Under the pieces are notes generated by a model that saw only the letters and a program-made list of their open reading frames with translations, made no database searches and was not told the DNA's origin. From positions 154,485 to 218,484 of the forward strand of contig JAAOMT010000213.1 in the NCBI GenBank assembly GCA_016748015.1: DNA of 64,000 nucleotides, written 5' to 3'. The stretch comes from Geosiphon pyriformis uo1. Lineage: Eukaryota > Fungi > Glomeromycota. The position numbers and the translations under genes were made by a program. The first letter of the stretch is position 1. Each line of letters begins with the position of its first letter. Shown in pieces: positions 12,048 through 22,022 of this stretch.

Positions 12048-14464
12048 GACTAAATTTCAAAACTCTTTCTTTTCTAAATTTCATGACCACAAATAAAATT
12101 AAGAGTAAAAAAGTTGCAAACATTACTTTTTTTATAGTAATTAATAAAGTTTCAACACGAGAGGGTTTTTCTGTTATTGAAGCAGCTAAACAAAACATTC
12201 TGGCTACATTTCCTTTGAAAAATACTAGTAATAAGTTGCCTTTAGCGGCTTCTGATTCATTTTCTTCACCTTTGGCTGGTAGTTCTTTTTCAGTCAAAGT
12301 TTCTTTCAAAAGACACACTCGGGTTAGTCCCAGTGTTGTCTCTACTACTTCTAAAAGCCCAAAGATTTTTAATAACAGACCAGTCAACAAGTTGGTCTTT
12401 CCTGCTTTCATCACTTTTACTACTACTACTACTACTACTGCTTTACAAATGGCCACAAAAGCAAAAAATTCCAAAAAACAGCAGCAGGCAGTCACAACTG
12501 CTATGGTCACACTGAACTCCTTTGTGATTCTAGATGAGATCTTGGATAAAATCTCCATAGCAACAGCCAGCCCTCTTCTTGATATGGATAGCAACAGCAG
12601 TGGCACATCTCCCAAGATAGGCCAAAATCAACTACTGGCTGTGTTGCCTGATGTGGTACTTTCCAGCAGATAATCACCAATTCCAGTAGCAAAACAGTTT
12701 ATCAATTCAGATGATCTGATCAAATAGAAATGGAATTAACTGTCTTTCCTCCAGTTTCTGGTGCTGTTAATGGTAGTGCTTAAGAAAATGTGAATGGTCG
12801 TCAGAAGTTCTCTGGTTGGGTGGTCTCCAATCTAGTACCTGGTACCACATTTAAGATCAAGATGGTCTTTTTTTGTTCCTTGTTTTAGCTGCTGCCTGGT
12901 TGTATTGGGCTTAAGTCAGTTTCACAAGATGCTATTAAGTTGTTTTGTGTAGAATTTGCATCTCAGAAAAGTCTAACTGGTGTCACCAAAGTGGTCATTG
13001 GTAATGAGATTTTTTTGACCACTTTTAAGATTGCATGGTCTTCTGGTATGGCCTCTGTTTCTTCTCTATCTCTGTTAGTTGCACTGTGTAATGTTCCTTT
13101 GAATACCTCTTCTAATGACATCAAAACTGCTCTTGGCATTTTTGGTGTTGTCACTTCTATTAAGTTAAAGCCTGCTGGCTTATGGCAATATGTTGTGGTT
13201 TATTTTAAAGACACTTCTTCTGCTGCTACTGCTCTTTTTCACTGGTTTGTTCTGGTCAGAAAAGACAGTGTTAAAATTTTTCCTATTGCCAACCAAAAGG
13301 AGATTATCTCTTCAAGAGATACCTTCAAAGCTAAGCTGGTCAATCTTCCCTTTGGCTGTACTGCATTTGAAATAAGTGATTTGGTCTTCCAAGTTGATGA
13401 CCGTACATGTTTCATTCTCCGCTTCTCTGATTCCTATTGATGTCAATGGTTTGTTGTGGTTACTTTTGATTCCTTGGAATCTTTGAACATTGTTGTTTCT
13501 AAAACTGGTATCTTATATGGCTGCCGTATCTGGTGAGAAACATCTGGATGTCATCATTGCTATAGGTGTCAAGGTCTGGACCACTTGGCTTTAGAGTGCA
13601 AGATGTCTCTACCCCTTCTTCCCAAAGTCTTTTCCAACTTCTCTGGTGGCCCCAAAGTTTTCAAATCCTTATTTGCTGGATCCAAATCTTATGCCAAGAC
13701 TGCTGCTTTTGTGGTTCCTTTTATTGCTGCTGCTGCTAATGCGAACTTGGATCTTGGTGGTCCCTCTTAACTACAATGCTCATGTTGTCTGCTGCCTCTT
13801 CTGTTTCCAATACTGCTGTTGAGTCTAAGTTTGCTTCTCTTGAGTCCAGCCTTAGTGAACTATCTGTGTTGATTAAATTCTTAGTTGAGCCTGTTAGTGT
13901 TTTGGTTGTATTGGTTACCAAATTGCTGTCTACTTTATTTGCTGTGGATGTATCAGTTAAGGAATATGTGGATGGGTTGGCTAAGCAAAATAAAGGCTTG
14001 GCTGTTGTTATCACTGTGATGCAGAAAAGACTGACACATCTTAAGACAATAAGTGAATGGATCTGTTTGGAGAATAGATCAGATGTTGATGACATGGTTG
14101 ATAATATTGATGATGATGATGATGATGATAAAAATTTTTCAGTTTATGATAACACCTTCAATATCATGATGCACCTATGAAAAAAACAGCCTTTCAGAAT
14201 CAAATCCAGTCCTGATCAGACTGCTAAGTAAATAAGTAGTATGATTAAGAATAGTTATAAGCTTGTTAACATTATGGATAAGATATATGAATTAGATATG
14301 TTTGATATATTAGGTAGCAAAGATAGTACTAGCATGTAGTTAGGGCTTTCTACTTGTAGTTAGCCATATCTTGTGATTTTTGTATTATTGGATGAGCTGG
14401 CTTTGTGAAACCACCACATTACTATGGTTATAACTAATAAACGATCAGCGTGGCCATACGTTAA

Positions 14465-14503
<39 letters not shown>

Positions 14504-14526
14504 AAAAAAAAACAAACAAAAAAAAA

Positions 14527-14565
<39 letters not shown>

Positions 14566-14577
14566 AAAAAAACGTGG

Positions 14578-14610
<33 letters not shown>
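12048..14610 (+). mobile_element. ORF1-only retroposon X2, full length, inserted into X1
   Basis: ORF 12083-14339 (degenerate), ~125-nt 3' UTR, long poly(A). 13-bp TSD AATCATGAGCTTG (12035-12047) / AGTCATAAACTTG (14610-14622). Confidence 0.92.
14466..14610 (+). repeat. ~145-nt interrupted poly(A) tail of X2
   Basis: A-run directly after GTTAAC, ~25 nt downstream of AATAAA. Confidence 0.9.
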
Positions 14611-14613
<3 letters not shown>

Positions 14614-14644
14614 ATAAACTTGTTAACATTATGGATAAGATATA

Positions 14645-17081
14645 AGAAATACTACAATGGGAAACTTTTTCTTTCCTAAATTTCATGACCATGAATAGAG
14701 CTAAGAGTAAAAAAATTGCAAACGTTACTTTTTCTATAGTAACTAATAAAGTTTCAACACAAGAGGGTCTCTCTGTTATTGAAGCAGCTAAACAAAACGT
14801 TCTGGCAACATTTCCTTTAAAAAATATTAGTGAAAAGCTGCCTTTAGCAACTTCTGGTTCACTTTCTTTTCCTTTGGCTGGAAGTTTTTCTTCAGTCAAA
14901 GTTCTTTCAAAAAGGCATACTTAGATTAGTCCCAGTGTTGTCTCTACCACTTCAAAAAACCCAAAGATTTTTAATAACAGACCAGTCAACAAGTTGGTCT
15001 TTTTTGCTCTTACCACTTTCACTACTACTTCTATTACTACTGCTTCACAAATGGCCACGAAAGCAAAAAATTCCAAAAAACAACAGCAGGCAATCACAAC
15101 TGTTATGGTCACACCAAACTCTTTTGTGGTTCCAGATGAGATCTTCAGTATAATTTTCACAGCAGCAGCCAGTCCTCTTCCTGATATGGATGGCAACAAC
15201 AGTGGCACATCTTCCAAGATGGGCCAAGATCAACCACTGGCTGTGTTGCCAGATGTGGTACTCTCTGGCAGATCATTGTCAATCCCAATAGCAAAACAGT
15301 CTATCAATCTAGATGATCTCAAAGATTGAACTGATCAGATAGAAATGGAATCAACTGTCTCTCCCCCAGTTTCTGATGCTGCTGATGGTAGTGCTTGAGA
15401 GAATGTGAATGGTTGTCAGAAGTTCTCTGGTTGGGTGGCCTTCAATCTACTACCTGGTGCTATGTTTAAGATCAAAATGGCCCTGCTTGGTTTCTTGTTT
15501 CAGTTGCTGCCTGGTTGTATTGGGCTTAAGTCAGTTTCATAAAATGCTGTTAAGTTGTTCTGTGTGGAATTTGCATCTCAGGAGAGCCACCAAAGTGGCC
15601 ATCAGTGATGAGGTTTTTTTGACCACTCTTAAGATTGCATAGTCTTCTGGTGTGGTCTCTGTTTCTTCTCCTTTCTTGTCAGTTGCACTGCACGATGTAC
15701 TTTTGGGTACCTCTTCTAATAACATCAAAACTGCTCTTGGCATTTTTGGTGTTGTCACTTCTGTTAAATTGAAGCCTGCTGGCTTATGACAATATGCTGT
15801 GGTTAATTTTAAGGACATTTTTTCTGCTGCTGCTGCTTTCTCTAACTAGTCTGTATTGGTCAAAAAAGATAGTGTTAGGATTTTTCCTATCACCAACCAA
15901 AAGAAGATTATCTTCTCAAGAAATGCATTCAAAGCTAAGTTGGTCAATCTTCCAGTTGGCTATATTGCCTTTGAGATAAGCGATTTGGTCTCCCAAGTTA
16001 GTGACCGTACATGTTTTATTTCTTGCTTCCCTGAATTTTATCAATGTCAATGCTTTGCTGTGATTACTTTTGATTCTTTGGAATCTCTAAATGTCACTGT
16101 GTCAAAAACTGGTACCTTGTGTGGTTGTCACATTTGGTGGAAAACTTCTGGGTGTCACCACTGTTACAGGTGTCAAGACTTGAATCATTTGGCTGTGGAC
16201 TGCAAGAAGTTGCCTTTTCTCTTACTTAAACTCCCTTCCAACATCTTTGGTGGCCCCAAAAATTTCAAACCTTTAGTTGTTAGATCTAAATTTTATGCCA
16301 AGGCTGCTGCTTTTGTGGTTCCTCCTGGTGCTGCTGCTGCTGATATGAACTTGGATCTTGGTGGTCCTCCCAAAACTGTGACACTCATGTTGCCTGCTGT
16401 CTCTTCTGTTCCCAATTCTGCTGTTAAATTTAGGTTGGTTTCTCTTGAATCTTACTTTAGTGAACTATCTGTGTTGATAAAATCTTTAATTGAACCTGTT
16501 AGTGCTCTGGTTGCATTGGTTACCAAATTGCTGTCTACTCTATCTGTCATAAATGTATCAGTTAAGGAATGTGTGGATGGATTGGCTAAGCAAAATAAAG
16601 ACTTGGCTGCTGTTGCCACCATAATGCAAAAAAGATTAACATGTCTTGAGACAATATGTAAACAGGTCTACTTGAAAAATGGATCAGATGTTAATGACAT
16701 GGTTGATGATGTTGATGATAATGATGATGAAGATAAAGACTTTTCAGTTTATCATAATATCTTTGATGTTATGATGCACTTATGGAAAAATCAGCCTTCC
16801 AGAATCAAATTCAGTCCTAATCAGACTGCTAAGTGGATAAGTAGTATGGTTAAGAATAGTTATGAGCTTGTTAGCATTATGAGTAAGATATATGAATTAG
16901 ATATGTTTAATACATTAGGTAGCAAAGATAGTACTAGCATGTAGTTAGGGCTTTCCACTTGTAATTAGCCATATCTTGTGATTTTTGTATTATTGGGTAA
17001 GCTGGCTTTGTAAAACCACCACATTACTGTGACTTAACTAATAAATGACCAGTGTGGCTACATATTAACATAAAAAAAATA
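14645..17081 (+). mobile_element. ORF1-only retroposon X3, full length, inserted into X1
   Basis: AATAAA 17040-17045 and a short poly(A). 14-bp TSD ATGGATAAGATATA (14631-14644) / ATGAATAAGATGTA (17082-17095). Confidence 0.92.
14685..16944 (+). pseudogene. LINE ORF1-like protein (~750 aa): S/T/P-rich N-terminus, RRM-like repeats, CCHC knuckle, coiled coil, acidic tail
   Basis: Motifs VALxDVPLGT..IKTALGIFGVV..WQYAVVxF, KAKLVNLP, CYRCQDLNHLAVDC, RLASLESHLSELSVLIK and DDVDDNDDEDKD. Same architecture as ORF1 of the window's LINEs. Confidence 0.85.
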
Positions 17082-18237
17082 ATGAATAAGATGTATAATT
17101 TAGATATATTTGAATCTTTAGGTAGCAAAGGTAGTACTAGCATGTAGTTAAGGCTTTCCACCTGTAATTAGCCGCATTTTGTAATTCTTGTATTATTGGG
17201 TAAGCTGGTATTATAAAACTGTCACATTACTGTGGACTTAACTAATAAACAATCAGTATGGCTACATATTAACAAAAAAAAAAAAAAAAAACATTGTCTA
17301 TTGCTGGTAAAGATGGTATAGATGAGTTCAGCAGTTTCTTCTGATTCTTCTTAATCTTCATTATTACTCTCATTATTATTTGATTCATCTTCTTCTTGGT
17401 TCTGTTTGGTTGCTGAAGGAGTTGTCCAATGACAGCATTTAACCACAATGGGTTTTTTATCACATCTGATGGATAGTTCGCAAAGTTCATAGTCAAGTAG
17501 TGCTTTGGCTTTCTTAAGCCACTTATTACTAACAATAATAGTATACTTTTTTGCTTCATATACTTCCATGTCTGTTTTGATGCTGATACCATTGATGCAA
17601 CCAGGAACAGCTTTGGCTATACCCAGATCTTTTTTTTTGTCACCATGTGCATTGGTTATAAGCCAGGTGGAAGGTTTATCAATCTTTCTTCCAATGGCTT
17701 CTAGAAAGTGTTTGGCAATTACACTGACAGATAATCCACTGTCTAGAATCAAATCAATAAAGTAGTCAGCCACTTGGGCTTTGCAAATCAAAGAAGTGAC
17801 ATTGCTGTTGTCAGCAAGTTCAGCTTGACAAGAACACTTATTGGTTTTTGGTATCTTCTTCTTTGGTATCAATGATTTGTGAAGATCTTTTCTGAACTGT
17901 GAATGGGTTATTAGTTGGCCAAATGTAATATGTGCTGGGGTTTCCATAAGATCTTTAACAACATAATAGAGGCCAGATTTTTGTACTATTTCTGGAGATT
18001 CCAACTTTGGAGGATTTTTAAAAACTTTAGTCTTTGGTGGTTTATTGTTGTCAGTAGTGAAAGTTGAGACTTTGTTGGGATCTAGAACGAAATCAACCTT
18101 GGCTTTCTTCTTCTTTCTTGTTAAGTCAGAGGTATTGATTGCCAGTTCATCCATATCATGATTGTTATTAGTTAGGTTAAAGATGTAAAAAGGGTTTTCT
18201 TCTGGTTGGCTTGTACTTTTACTCTTTGGAGGTGTGC

Positions 18238-19777
18238 CTACCAGTTTAAAGACTGATAAACAGTAGCTTCAACTAAGAGATCCTCTCCAAAGAAATTGAT
18301 GTTGGCATAATTGGATCTTTGATTGGGAACATTATTATTGTTGGGTCTGTTATTCTGGGTGTCATTATTTCTAGGAGTTAGAGGAAGCAATGGAAGATTG
18401 TTGCAGTCTCTGAAAAAGTGTCCAGTTAGTCCACAGTGATAGCACACAGGTAGGCCACAATTTTGTTGTCTTTGATATGGTGGTTGTTGGAGCTGATTAA
18501 AGTGGGGTTCAAATCTGGGTCTTTAGAGTTACTGGTTGTCTTTGACTGCTTGGGCTAATAGTTCTAATAGCCGAACAAAGTTAGCAGTAAGTCTGTCTAT
18601 TAATTGTTCATTGGAGTCTTGAATGTGAGTGGCAAAAGAGATAGCAGCCATTTGTGGAGCTGAAACCATGACAAGAGCAGAAGCAAAAACTGAAAGAGTA
18701 GATCCTAGGTGCATTCTTTGGTTGTTTTCTATTCTCTGGGCAAGTTCAATGGCCATATCTATTGTGGGATTATTTTTTAGGGCCAGAAGGAACCAAAGAG
18801 CATATAAGAAATCAGTTCTCAATCCTTTTGTAAAGGAATGAATCTTTTGCTCTTTTGTCTAATTTCTATCAGAGTTTATATGCTTAAATAATTTTCTAAT
18901 GGCTTTAATGTATTCAGTTACTATTTCTCTTGGCCTTGGGTTCTTCTTTCAAATTCCATGTGTTATTTGGATATCAAGATAGAAGTTTTCAAACTGGGTA
19001 GTGAAAGAGGTGTTATCTTCTCCAGCATTTGCTGGTGTTTATCTAATAATTTTTTGCTGAATATTGGCATTGGTTTTTTGTGAAAACCAAGTAGCAGGAA
19101 AGCCTTAGAAATAGCCACCAACAATTTGGAACTTGTATTCATTATCATATTGGCTTGCTGTGACAGCTCTCTCAAAATCATTCACATTCAATTGGATCTT
19201 GGGTATTACTTCTGAATAATGGTAATGGGGTGTTGTTTCTTCGCCCTAAAGCAATCTGTATATCTTGGAGGGTGATCAAAATGTTTTGTTGCAGAGAGTC
19301 TTGAGCCATTGGTTTAGGTGTAACTGTTTGTGCGGAGTGTTCTGATTTACTTGAAAAGATATCAAAAATAGGAGCAGTTTAATAGCTTTCTTCTTTTGTT
19401 TCAAGAGAAGTTTCAGTTGATTGATAAACAGCAATCCAAGTATGGATTTGATGATTCAGATATTCGAAATTAGAGGGCTGTTGTTCAAAGATTGTGGAAT
19501 ATAAAAGCTGATTGATGCTGTTGTTTCTTTCTTCAAAGTTGTCTTCAAAATAAGCTTGGTCAAAGTAATAGGTTGTATAAGCTGTATAGGTTTCAGCTGA
19601 ATGCTCATTCAGAAACCAGTTCCAAAAGTTTTGGAATTGTCTGCTGGATTGTTCTTTAATGGGAAAGCAAATCAAGCAGAAGGGCAAAGGATTGAGTTCA
19701 ATAAAGTCTAGATCGTTTTTGTTGTGTACTTCAAAGTGTTCTTCTGATTGTTATAGCAGATATGAATAATCACCTAT
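18238..19777 (-). pseudogene. gag: gag of A2
   Basis: Collinear with gag of A4 (46070-47622). Zn knuckle CYHCGLTGHFFRDC. Confidence 0.88.
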
Positions 19778-19805
19778 ACAATAGAAAACAAAGTGGATTT
19801 TGACA

Positions 19806-19823
19806 ATCTTACAGGGAGCACCA
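19806..19823 (-). promoter_or_regulatory. Primer binding site of A2 (TGGTGCTCCCTGTAAGAT), elongator tRNA-Met/Ile-like
   Basis: TGG-initiated motif 6 nt after the LTR end. Same motif at 46024 (A4) and 35070 (family B). The tRNA identity is inferred. Confidence 0.75.
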
Positions 19824-19829
19824 CTTTTA

Positions 19830-20472
19830 TGTTATGGGTTGGAGTAACAAACTAATGGATAGCAAGAGAAAACAGAATTGTAGAGTGATAAAAGAAATCA
19901 AAGAAAATTCAACTTCAAAGAGTAAATTGAATAAGTATAGATTCAATGTGCAAGATTAGTCTCATAAAATATCTCAGTCACTATACTTTTCAAAGATAAC
20001 TGGGGAATCTGAAAGTAGAGGGATAGTCCATACTGTCAACAAATGATCACACCTGGTATAATTTTATGCCTTACGTCAACACTTTTAGAATTCAATATCA
20101 GGTATTAGATATTTTCTTCAGTCATGTTTTATTCAATAATCTTTAAATGCTGCAATTACATGTTTCAGAAAAAAGGGTAAGGAATAACCAACAAGTAGTC
20201 TTTTATCCCAAGATGTTTGGATACTTGAAAATAAGGAAAAAGAAATTAGTGATAAGAGAAAGATTGAGATGAAAGTTGTTATTTTATTTATTTAATTTCC
20301 TTGATTTCTACATGCTTTTCTACAGCTAAGAGATTCATTGCTTATATAGCTATCAAAAATGGTCAATGATCAGGTCAATGATTACTTTCTAAAAATAGAA
20401 TGGCTAATTTATATAACATCAGTGGCTAATACATGTGATAATTAATAAGAAGTATAAGTTTCAATTGTAACA
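19830..20472 (-). repeat. 5' LTR of A2 (643 bp)
   Basis: TGTTA...TAACA termini. Adjacent PBS. Only 1.5 units of the 12-bp array. Confidence 0.93.
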
Positions 20473-22015
20473 GTATGAGTGATTATTCATACCTGTCACA
20501 ACAATCAGAAGAACACTTTGAAGCACACAACAAAAATGATTTAGACTTTATTGAACTCAATCTTTTGCCTTCCTGCTTAATCTGCTTTCCCATTAAAAAA
20601 CAATTCAGCAAACAATTCTAAGACTTTTGAAACTGGTTTCTGAATAAGCATTTAGCTGAAATCTACACAGCCTATACAACTAATTACTTTAATCAAGCTT
20701 ATTTTGAAAACAACTTTGAAGAAAAAAACAACAGCATCAATCAGCTTTTATATTCCACAACTTTTAAACAACAGCCCCATAATTTCGAATATCTGAATCA
20801 TCAAATTCATACTTGAATTGCTGTTCATTAATCAACTGAAACTTCTCTTGAAACAGAAGAAAAAAGTTATCAAACTGCTCTTGTTTTTGATCTCTTCTTA
20901 AGTGAATTAGATCATTCTATTCAAACAATAACTTCTGAACCAATAGCTAATGATCCTATGTAACAGAACATTCTGATTGCTCTCCAAGACATACAAACTG
21001 CTTTGGGAAGAAAAAACAACACTTTATTATTCTTATTCAGAAGTGATACACAAGATCCAATTGAATAATTGGATAATTTTAAGAAAGCAGCTACTGCAAA
21101 TTAATATGATGATGAATACAAGTTCCAAATCATTGGTGGCTACCTCCAAGGCTCTCCTGCTACTTGGTTCTCACAAGAAACCAATGCCAATACTCAGCAA
21201 AAAATCATTAGATGGACACTAACAAATGCTGGAGAAGATAACACCTCTTTTACTACCCAGTTTAAAATGAAATTTAGAACTCCTATCTTGATATTCAAAT
21301 GGCATATGGAATTAGAAAAAAAAACCTAAGGTCATGGTAAAGTTGTAACTGAGTATGCCAAAGCAATCAGAAAATTAATCAAGTGAGTAGATTCTGGAAG
21401 AAACTAAACAAAAGAGCAAAAGATTCATTTCTTTACAAAAGGATTAAAAACTGATCTTTCCTATGCTCTTTGGCCCCTCCTGGCACTGAAAGACAATTTC
21501 ACAATGGATATGACTATTGAACTTGCTCAGAAATTAGAAGACAATCAAAGAATGCACTTAGGTTCCACACTTCCAGTTTTTGCTTCTGCTCCTGTTATGG
21601 CTCTTGCTCTCCAAATGGCTGCTATTTCTTTTGTTGCCCAAACTCAAGACTCAAATGAACAGTTAATAGATAGACTCACAGCTAATCTTGCCTGGTTACT
21701 GGAACTCTTAACCCAAGCAGTTAGAGAGAATCAACAACCCCAAAGACCCAGATTTGAATTTCATTTTAATCAGCCCTAGCAACTCCTTTATCAAAGACAA
21801 CAAAATTGTGGTCCACTTGTGTGTTATCACTGTGAATTAACTGGACATTTCTCCAAAGATTGCAACAATCCTCCTCCACCTCTTTCAGCTTCTAGTAACA
21901 ATGACAATCAAAACAACAGAATCATCAACAACAATGTTCCCAACCAAAGACCCAATTATGTCAACATCAATTTTTTTGGAGAGGATCCCTTACTTAAAGC
22001 CATTATTTATCGGTC

Positions 22016-22022
22016 TTTAAAC
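22016..22022 (+). promoter_or_regulatory. -1 ribosomal frameshift slippery site T TTA AAC at the gag/pol junction (also 47610-47616 + and 18244-18250 -)
   Basis: X XXY YYZ heptamer in the gag frame, one codon before the gag stop. The -1 frame reads into pol (LVGTPPKSESTSQPEENPFY). Confidence 0.8.

Larger units (their letters stand above)
9792..17290 (+). mobile_element. ORF1-only retroposon X1, in three pieces (9792-12047, 14610-14644, 17082-17290)
   Basis: ORF starts at 9840 and its stop is at 17145-17147 after removing X2 and X3. AATAAA and a poly(A) end at ~17290. TSD AACATTGTCCAGTG (9778-9791) / AACATTGTCTA (17290-17300, followed by an 11-bp deletion). Confidence 0.88.
6594..20472 (-). 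mobile_element. Gypsy family A copy A2 (5' LTR, gag, pol, start of ORF3), split by the X1/X2/X3 block at 9792-17290
   Basis: Minus-strand gag (CHHC-type knuckle in ORF 18238-18447), protease LDSG in ORF 17351-18154, RT 8719-9621, IN 7521-7829. Sequence is continuous across the X block. Confidence 0.93.

Noticed and set aside
12037-12615. Recurrent antisense ORFs over the X N-terminus and over RT (e.g. 6026-6322, 9776-10267, 1800-1982)
   Set aside because: Shadows of biased sense-strand codon usage, with inconsistent starts and stops between copies.
14424-14645. Poly-lysine ORF
   Set aside because: Translation of the X2 poly(A) tail.
9792-17081. Tandem array of a host RRM gene family
   Set aside because: Poly(A) tails, TSDs and the split X1 3' end show nested retrotransposition, not tandem duplication.
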